From: a bacterium
GTDB taxonomy: Bacteria > Chloroflexota > Chloroflexia > Thermomicrobiales > UBA6265
DNA: 41,071 nt
Assembly (NCBI GenBank): GCA_029977305.1
Contig: JAPOLF010000002.1
Coordinates: 1 to 41,071 of the forward strand
Direction of reading: 5' to 3'
Positions 25,567 through 33,100 of this stretch are shown here, one piece after another (the first letter of the stretch is position 1; the number at the start of each line of letters is the position of its first letter). The translations under genes and the position numbers were made by a program. The notes under the pieces were generated by a model. It saw only the letters and a program-made list of their open reading frames with translations. It searched no databases and was not told the DNA's origin.

Positions 25567-25899
25567 ATGACCAACAACGAGAACCAGACCACCTATGTGC
25601 TCACCGAGGAACAGGCGCTCGACATGCTGGCGTTCCTCGCCAGCGCGGCGGAGATCTCGCTGCACGAGCCGACCTATTACGGGACCTTCCGCCTGATCGA
25701 CGCGGCGAGTCGCCTGATGGGGTACCTCCTCGAGAGCAACCCGGAGCTCGCAGAGTCGTTCATGCCGGGGTGGAAGCAAGACATTGACACCCGAAAGGTG
25801 TGGATGATGTGGGACCGCCCCGCGTACCAGCAGTTCCTCAAGGAGGCGCCTGCGGTGATCGCCGCCGAGATCAAGCAGCGGCAGGAGGCGGCGGAATGA
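25567..25899 (+). CDS. Small conserved-looking hypothetical protein (110 aa), no family assignable by eye
   Basis: ATG ORF with host-like codon usage, 10 nt after the DUF917-3 stop. Its stop overlaps the nitroreductase start (ATGA at 25896-25899). Predicted soluble and helical (LTEEQALDMLAFLASAAEISLHEPTYYGTFRLIDAASRLMGYLLE). No TM segment or signal peptide. Confidence 0.6.
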   Translation: MTNNENQTTYVLTEEQALDMLAFLASAAEISLHEPTYYGTFRLIDAASRLMGYLLESNPELAESFMPGWKQDIDTRKVWMMWDRPAYQQFLKEAPAVIAAEIKQRQEAAE

Positions 25900-26468
25900 G
25901 CGAGTTCAGCCCGGAGGCGGACGCCTTCTTCCAGACGCTGAAGACGCGGCGCGTGTGCCGGTCCTACACCGATCAACCGGTCGCCGATGCGCAGTTGCGG
26001 CGCATCACCGAGGCCGGACGATGGGCCAGCAGCGGCGGCAACCGACACATCCACAAGTTCCTGATCGTGCGGGATGCCGAGACGATTCGGCGGGTGCGGT
26101 CGGTGGCGCCGGGGATGCTGGTGGAACCGCCGGCGATGATCGTGATCCTGACCGACAAAGAGGCCGCCGAGCGGGAATGCATCCAACTTGATGTGGATCA
26201 GATCAACCAAGGGGATGTCGGCACCGCGGCCATGAACATGCAGAACATGGCCCATGCGCTCGGACTCGGATCGTGCCCGGTGACCTCCTTCAGCCACTCC
26301 GGCGTCGGGGTGATGCTCGGCTTGCCCGACCATCTCGAAGCGGAGTGGATCATCATGATCGGCCATCCGAAGCCGACCCAGCGCGGGCTCGGCACCGGTG
26401 CGCCGAAGCCGCTGACCGCGCGCGATCTCACGTGGTGGGACCGCGTCGGACACCACGATCCTGTCTAA
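25896..26468 (+). CDS. Nitroreductase-family FMN-dependent oxidoreductase
   Basis: Start chosen at MSEFSPEADAFF (190 aa). TRRVCRSYTDQPV...LRRITEAGRWASSGGNRH and the later LGLGSCPV are typical nitroreductase-fold blocks. The track ORF start at 25800 lies inside the previous gene. Confidence 0.8.
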   Translation: MSEFSPEADAFFQTLKTRRVCRSYTDQPVADAQLRRITEAGRWASSGGNRHIHKFLIVRDAETIRRVRSVAPGMLVEPPAMIVILTDKEAAERECIQLDVDQINQGDVGTAAMNMQNMAHALGLGSCPVTSFSHSGVGVMLGLPDHLEAEWIIMIGHPKPTQRGLGTGAPKPLTARDLTWWDRVGHHDPV

Positions 26469-26507
26469 AAGAGTCGCCACGCGAACCCCACGAGGAGCCC
26501 TCACACG

Positions 26508-27593
26508 ATGAGTATGACGTTGCACATCGAAGACCTGCCTGATCTCGCGCGCGGCGCGGCCTTCCTCGGGAGCGGCGGCGGCGGCAACCCGTACATCGGG
26601 CGGCTGATGGTCGAGCGGGCGATGCGCGAAACCGGACGCCCGCTGGAACTCTTGGATCTCGAGGAACTCCCCGACGACGCCTTCGTGATCACGACCGCGA
26701 TGATGGGTGCGCCCACCTGCATCGTGGAGAAGCTGCCGGAGGGGATGGAGGCTGCCCACTCGCTGCGGCGGCTGGAGGAGCACCTTGGTCGCAAGGCGAC
26801 GGCGACGATGCCGATCGAGGCGGGCGGGGTGAACTCGATGATCCCGCTGGTGGTGGGGATGCGGCTCGGGTTGCCGGTCGTCGATGGCGACGGTATGGGC
26901 CGGGCTTTCCCGGAGCTCTATCACGAGACCTTCCACATTTACGGGGTCTCGGGCACGCCCATGGTGATCACCAATGATCATGGCGACCAGACGCTGCTCG
27001 ACACCCATGACAATTACATGATGGAGTGGCTCTCGCGCGGGATCGCGATCCGGATGGGAGGCGTCGCGTACATCGCCGAGTACCCGATGGACGGGGCGAC
27101 CGCGAAGCGCGTCTCGGTGAGCGGGACGATCGGAATGGGTCTGCGGATCGGGCGCGCGATCCGCGAGGCACGCGAGCAGCACCTCGATCCGTTCGACCAC
27201 CTGATCCGGTCGATGGAGGGGACGAGCTACTCCCCGGCGCGGGTGATCTTCACCGGGAAGTTGATCGAGGTGTTCCGGCGGACCAAGGACGGTTTCGCGC
27301 TCGGGACGGTGAAGATTCAGGAGCTGGGCGGTCCGCGGGTGATGACCATCGACTTCCAGAACGAGAACCTCATAGCGATGGTTGATGACGAGGTGCTGGC
27401 CGTCGTGCCGAACCTGATCAACATTCTCGATGCGGAGACCGCGGAGCCGATCACCACCGAGGAGTTGCGCTACGGGCAGCGGGTGAAGGTGATGGTGGTC
27501 TCGGTGCCGCCGATCATGCGCACCCCGGAGGCGATTGCCGTGTGGGGGCCGCGAACGTTCGGATACGACGTCGATTTCGAGCCGCTCACCTGA
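26508..27593 (+). CDS. DUF917-family protein, paralogue 4 (diverged)
   Basis: 361 aa. [39 protein letters not shown] and [26 protein letters not shown]. Confidence 0.8.
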   Translation: MSMTLHIEDLPDLARGAAFLGSGGGGNPYIGRLMVERAMRETGRPLELLDLEELPDDAFVITTAMMGAPTCIVEKLPEGMEAAHSLRRLEEHLGRKATATMPIEAGGVNSMIPLVVGMRLGLPVVDGDGMGRAFPELYHETFHIYGVSGTPMVITNDHGDQTLLDTHDNYMMEWLSRGIAIRMGGVAYIAEYPMDGATAKRVSVSGTIGMGLRIGRAIREAREQHLDPFDHLIRSMEGTSYSPARVIFTGKLIEVFRRTKDGFALGTVKIQELGGPRVMTIDFQNENLIAMVDDEVLAVVPNLINILDAETAEPITTEELRYGQRVKVMVVSVPPIMRTPEAIAVWGPRTFGYDVDFEPLT

Positions 27594-27652
27594 CAGCAAT
27601 GCTCCGTCGGCGTCACAATGCCCGTGGCGTCCGGAAGGAAGGAGCAGCGGAC

Positions 27653-28585
27653 ATGGCGAAAGAGATCTTCGTCTGCGTCGGGGTGCACACCGATGCGGTG
27701 GCAGGCTGGCTCGGCTCGTACGGGGGTGAGGATTCGCCCTGTGACATCTCGCGCGGGATGTTCGCCGGGGAGATCGGTTCGCCGCGCCTCCTCGATCTCT
27801 TTCACCGCGAGGACATCCGCACGACATGGTTCATCCCCGGGCACACCATCGAGACGTTCCCGAAGCAGATGCAGATGGTGGCGGATGCCGGGCATGAGAT
27901 CGGGCTGCACGGGTACTCGCACGAGAACCCATTGGCGATGTCGGCGAAGCAGGAGAAGGCGGTCCTCCGGAAATCGATCGAGCTGGTGACGCAGTTGAGC
28001 GGGCGAGCGCCGCGCGGCTATGTCGCGCCGTGGTGGGAGCTGTCGGAATCAACGGTGGGCCTGCTGCTCGAGCACGGCATCACCTATGACAACTCCTTGA
28101 TGGACAACGACTTCCACCCGTTCTATGCGCGGGTCGGCGACAGTTGGACGAAGATCGACTACCGCAAATCGGCGAAATCGTGGATGAAGCCGCTGAAGCG
28201 CGGGACGGAGACCGATCTGGTCGAGATCGGCGCCAACTGGTACCTCGACGATCTGCCGCCGATGCTCTTCATCAAGAAGAGCCCCAACAGCCACGGGTTC
28301 GTCAACCCGCGCGACATCGAGCAGCTCTGGATCGACCAGTTCGACTGGATCTATCGCGAGTATGACTACGCGGTGGTGCCGCTGACGATCCATCCCGATG
28401 TGTCGGGTAGGCCGCAGGTGCTGATGATGTTGGAGCGCTTCTTCGCCTACGTGCACCGGCATGAGGGGGCGTGGTTCACCACCTTCGAGGAGGCGGCCGA
28501 CAACTTCCGGTTGCGCTTCCCGCGCGGCGGTGAGGCACGGCCCGAGAGTGTGCGCGATCGCTGGGAGCACGGGCCGACGGGGTAG
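27653..28585 (+). CDS. Polysaccharide-deacetylase (NodB-homology / PuuE-like) family hydrolase
   Basis: Start chosen at [14 protein letters not shown], preceded by GGAAGGAAGGAG (310 aa). Has a TTWFIPGHT strand, the HGYSHE (H-x-x-x-H type) motif and a [12 protein letters not shown] block, all typical of NodB-fold deacetylases/allantoinase PuuE relatives. Confidence 0.7.
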   Translation: MAKEIFVCVGVHTDAVAGWLGSYGGEDSPCDISRGMFAGEIGSPRLLDLFHREDIRTTWFIPGHTIETFPKQMQMVADAGHEIGLHGYSHENPLAMSAKQEKAVLRKSIELVTQLSGRAPRGYVAPWWELSESTVGLLLEHGITYDNSLMDNDFHPFYARVGDSWTKIDYRKSAKSWMKPLKRGTETDLVEIGANWYLDDLPPMLFIKKSPNSHGFVNPRDIEQLWIDQFDWIYREYDYAVVPLTIHPDVSGRPQVLMMLERFFAYVHRHEGAWFTTFEEAADNFRLRFPRGGEARPESVRDRWEHGPTG

Positions 28586-28591
28586 GCGCTG

Positions 28592-30022
28592 ATGGCGAAG
28601 ATCACCTTTGTCGGCGCGGGGAGCACGGTCTTCGCGCGCAACCTGCTGAGTGACCTGTTGACCTTCCCGGAGCTGCACGGGTCGGTGGTCAGCCTGCACG
28701 ACATCGACCCGGTGCGACTCGCGGATACCGAGGCGATTGCGCGGGGGATGGTCGCGCGGGCCGGGGCAGCGACCGTGATCGAGGCGACGACGGATCGCCG
28801 ACGCGCGCTCGCTGGCAGCGATTACGTGATCACCATGATCCAGGTCGGGGGGTATCGGCCGTCGACGGTGATCGACTTCGAAATCCCGACGCGGTTCGGC
28901 CTGCGGCAGACGATCGGCGACACGCTGGGCATCGGCGGGATCATGCGCGCGCTGCGGACGATTCCGGTCATGCGTGAGATCGCGGCGGATATCGCCGAGG
29001 TGGCCCCGAACGCGCTCCTGCTCAACTATGCCAACCCGATGGCGATGCTCTGCATGGCCCTGGCGCAGACCAGCTCCGTGCGGACGGTCGGGCTCTGCCA
29101 CAGCGTGCAGGGCACCGCGGGCGAGATCGCGCTCTGGTTGGGTCTGCCTGAGGACGAGATCACCCACACCTGTGCCGGGATCAACCACGTCGCCTTCTAC
29201 ACCGAGCTGCGGCATCGTGGTGAGGACCTCTATCCCGCCCTGCGCAAGATGGCGGAGGCTCGCACCTATCCTGCGTGGGAGGAAGTGCGCTTCGAGGTGT
29301 TCCGGCGTTTCGGGTACTTTGTCACCGAATCGAGCGAACACCTCGCAGAGTATGTTCCGTGGTTCATCAAACCGGGACTAGATGGCCTGATCACCCGCTT
29401 CGGCGTTCCGCTCGATGAGTATCCAGCGCGGTGTGAGAACCAGATCGCGGGCTGGGCGGCCGAGCGCGATCGCCTACTGGCCTCGGTGCAGGATGGGGAG
29501 CCGTTTGCGGGACACGCTGAGGCGGTGCTATCGGGCAGCGACGAGCGGCGACTCGCGGTGGCTGCGCGCCGTGATCCGCAAGCCGCGGCGAGCTGGCGAG
29601 CGGCGCTCATCGCGCGGAAGCGGGCGCGGCTCGGTGGTCATTCCGGCGAGTACGGCACGCTCATCATCCACAGCATGGAGACGGGGGAGCCCCGCGTCAT
29701 CCACGGCAACGTGCCGAACGCCGGGCTGATCGCGAATCTCCCGTCGGGATGTGCGGTCGAGGTCGCGTGTCGGGTGGATGGTGACGGAATCCAACCCACC
29801 GTGGTCGGCGATCTCCCGATTCAGCTCGCGGCGCTGATGCAGACAAACGTCAACGTGCAGCAACTCACGGTTGAGGCGTCACTGACCGGGCGACGGGATC
29901 ATGTCTATCACGCGGCGATGTTGGATCCACACACCGCCGCGGTGCTCGATCCGGAGCAGATCTGCCAGTTGGTTGATGCCTTGCTGGAGGCCCACGGATC
30001 GATGATTCCGCCGCTCGCCTGA
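28592..30022 (+). CDS. Glycoside hydrolase family 4 (NAD+/Mn2+-dependent alpha-glucosidase/alpha-galactosidase type)
   Basis: 476 aa. N-terminal Rossmann KITFVGAGSTVF, NYANPMAM, the VGLCHSVQG Cys-His metal/catalytic motif and GINHVAFY. Starts 6 nt after the deacetylase stop. Confidence 0.85.
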   Translation: MAKITFVGAGSTVFARNLLSDLLTFPELHGSVVSLHDIDPVRLADTEAIARGMVARAGAATVIEATTDRRRALAGSDYVITMIQVGGYRPSTVIDFEIPTRFGLRQTIGDTLGIGGIMRALRTIPVMREIAADIAEVAPNALLLNYANPMAMLCMALAQTSSVRTVGLCHSVQGTAGEIALWLGLPEDEITHTCAGINHVAFYTELRHRGEDLYPALRKMAEARTYPAWEEVRFEVFRRFGYFVTESSEHLAEYVPWFIKPGLDGLITRFGVPLDEYPARCENQIAGWAAERDRLLASVQDGEPFAGHAEAVLSGSDERRLAVAARRDPQAAASWRAALIARKRARLGGHSGEYGTLIIHSMETGEPRVIHGNVPNAGLIANLPSGCAVEVACRVDGDGIQPTVVGDLPIQLAALMQTNVNVQQLTVEASLTGRRDHVYHAAMLDPHTAAVLDPEQICQLVDALLEAHGSMIPPLA

Positions 30023-30105
30023 CACGTGGCTGACGGTGCTAGCAGAAGTTCCGCCGATATGCGATACACCACGCAGCGGTGCCGAATCACCAGCAGGGGA
30101 ACACC

Positions 30106-33100
30106 ATGGAGAACCCATTGACCGTGCCGCCGGCGGCCGACGCGAGCAAGGATCCGGTTGATCAGAAACTGGGCGTCTGGCGGGAGCGGCTGGTCGATCT
30201 GACGAAGCGCAATCCGCTGCTGGGATTGAATCGCGCGCGGACGACGAAGATCCAGGTGCTCACCCCGACGATTGACGAACTCTTCACGATGGTCGTCATC
30301 GATGAAGACGCCTTGAAGATGCCCTTCGCGCGGAAGGGTGCGCCAAAGCCGTTGCCAAAGAAGGGGGCGATTGCGCCTGCTGCCCCCACGCTGGTGCCCT
30401 CGGCGGTGAGCACCAGCGACCCCGCAGGGGTTGAGGACGAGCCAGATCAGTCAGTGATGCCGGCGGTTGACCAGGATGGTCCTCCAGTCATCCCTGAGGC
30501 CCAGGCGGACGCCATCGACACCCCCACGTCGCCGGCACCTGATGCCGCTGCCACCCCCGCGCCGGATTCGGGCGCGATCCCCTCGACGGTGGGATTGGAG
30601 GACGAACCGGCGGCGGTGTGGATCGTCGCGCCGGGGGACGTGACGCTGGATGTCGACGATGCGCAACTCTTTTCCAAGCTGCGCCGCCTGAGGGACAACT
30701 CGCGCACGACCGTGGCCGAGCGCGGCGTCACCACGCTCCACCTGACGTTGGGCACGGTGACCTGGACCGATCCGGTCCTCGGCGAGTCAAAGGCGCCGTT
30801 GGTGCTGGTGCCGTGTTCGCTCGAACGGTCGGGTGCGGATCGTCCGCTCACCTTGGTGCCGACCGATGACGAACCGACGGTGAACCCCGCGCTCGCGATC
30901 CTCGTGCGCGAGCGGACCGGAAAGGTCCTGCCGGAGTTCCCCGAGGAGCCGACGCCGGAGACGCTGCGCGAGATGATCTCGGCGGTCACCGCGATGCTCG
31001 GCGAGGGCTATCTGGTCAGCGAGGAAGCCTGGCTCGGCACCTTCTCCTTCGAGACCCTGGCGATGTGGCGCGATCTCGGGGTGATGGCGCCCCAGGCGCG
31101 GCAGAACGCGGTGGTGCAGTCCTTCGCCAAGATCGTGCCGGCGCAGCCGCCGGACGGGTCGGAGGCGTTGGGAAATGATCTCGACGTGCTGGAGCCGAAG
31201 GTGCAGGCGCCGCTGATGGTCCTGCCCGCCGACTCGAGCCAATATGAGGCTCTGATCATCGGGAGACGAGGAAAGAACTTGCTGGTGAACGGCCCTCCGG
31301 GCACCGGGAAGTCGCAGACCATCACCAACATCATCGCGGACACGCTGGCGAACGGGCAGACGGTGCTCTTCGTGAGCGCGAAGTCGGCGGCGCTCGAGGT
31401 GGTGCATGAGCGGCTGCGCAAGTTGGGGCTTGGGCAGTTCGTGCTCGAGGCGCACAGCACGCAGTCGGGCCGCATGCGGATCATGGACGACTTGAAGGAG
31501 ACGCTGCGGGCGGCGGGGTCGGCGAAGGACGTCAACCTCGAGGAGGCGCGGCTGCGGTACATGCAGGTGAGGGATCGCCTCAACCTCGCGGTGCGGGAAC
31601 TCCACGCCACGCGCGAGCCGATGGGGGTCTCGGTCTACACCGGACTCGGCCGCTACGCGAAGCGGATCGGGGCGCCGGACGTGGCGGCGGCTCTGCCATG
31701 GCCGGATCTGACGTTGGTCACCCCGGCGGAACTGCAGACGTGTGTCGATGCGTTGGCGGCGATCCAGGCTGAGAAGGCGGTCTACGACGCGCGTGCGACG
31801 CATCCATGGCGCGGGTGCGTGGTGCAGGACGCGGGGCTGGCCTCCACCGAGCGCGTCGTCGGGGCGCTCACTGCGCTCCGAACGGGCGCGGCGGAGATCA
31901 CCGCGGCGTGGACCACGGTGGCCCCGGTCCTCGGCGAGGCTTCGACGCGCACCGTGGCGGACCTGCAGGGGATGCGGGAGGCGTTGGCGCTCCTCGCAGA
32001 TGCGCAGGCCCTCCCGGCAGGGTGGGAGAGCGATGACCCGACGACGCTGGCCACGCGCGCCGCGACCCTGCGTGATGCGGCCGAGCGCGCGACGGTCGCA
32101 CAGGAGGCCCGTGCCGCCTTCGCGGAGCATGCATCCGGGACGGACTACGCCGCTGCAGCAACACTGCTCCAGGAGGGCGCGGCCAAATATGGCGGGTTCC
32201 TGTCGCGGATGTTCGGCGGCTATGGGGCGTGGAAGAGTCAGGTGCAGCAGGTCGTGCAGCCACGATCGATGAATCAGGCGGACATGGCCGCGTTGGCGAC
32301 CCTTGCCGCGAACGCTGCCACCGCGGAGGCGGCCCTCGCGCCGTTGGCCATCACGGTGCAACCGCTGCTCAGTTCACCCGAGTCGTGGCGCGATCCGGAG
32401 GTGCTGCGGAGCACTGCGGCGCGTTGGCAGGCGGCGAGCGTAATTCGCGCCGCGGTGCTTTCCGGGGGTGGGACCGGCGGATCGATCACGCCGGAGGTGC
32501 GGGCAGCGGCGGGGGCGATCGGCACCGCGCTGGCGCCGACGGGTCCGTTTGCCGCTGCGGTGGAGACCACCTCTGCGCTCTTCCCCGCGGACTTCGCTGA
32601 TGAGAAGCCATTGGCACAGAGCACATTGGGGGAGATCATCGCGCGGAGCGACGCCGCATTGGCGGAACGCCCGCGGCTGGCAGAGTGGGTGCGCACGCGG
32701 GCGGCGATGGATCGGGCCCGGGCGGTCAATCTCGGGCCGTTCATCGATGCAGTTCCCGCGGGGTCTGGTGGCGAACTGATCGTCGCGTTCGAGCGGCGCT
32801 TCTGGCAGCGCTGGGCCGATGCGTGGATCACGGCGGTGCCGGCCCTGCGCGAATTCAGCGGGGAGCAGCGGGTGGCACTGATCGCCGAGCTGCGGAAGGC
32901 CGATGATGACCTCCGCAAGCTGGCGGGCCAAGCGGCGGTGGCGGGGGCGAGCCGTGCAGCGGCGCGCGTCTCGCAGTCGGGTGACGCGAACAAGGATTCG
33001 CAACTGGGGATCCTCAAGCGAGAGCTGCAGAAGAAGCGGCCTCGCCCCCTGCGACGACTCTTCACCGACATCCCGGACGTGCTGCAGTCGATCAAGCCCT

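Noticed and set aside
29450-29640. Arg/Ala-rich segment in the GH4 protein (EPFAGHAEAVLSGSDERRLAVAARRDPQAAASWRAALIARKRARLGG), considered as a possible frameshift artefact or insertion.
   Set aside because: The reading frame is continuous, total length (476 aa) is normal for GH4 enzymes, and conserved blocks resume immediately after it (SGEYGTLIIHSMETGEP). Without an alignment I cannot show that it is an insertion.
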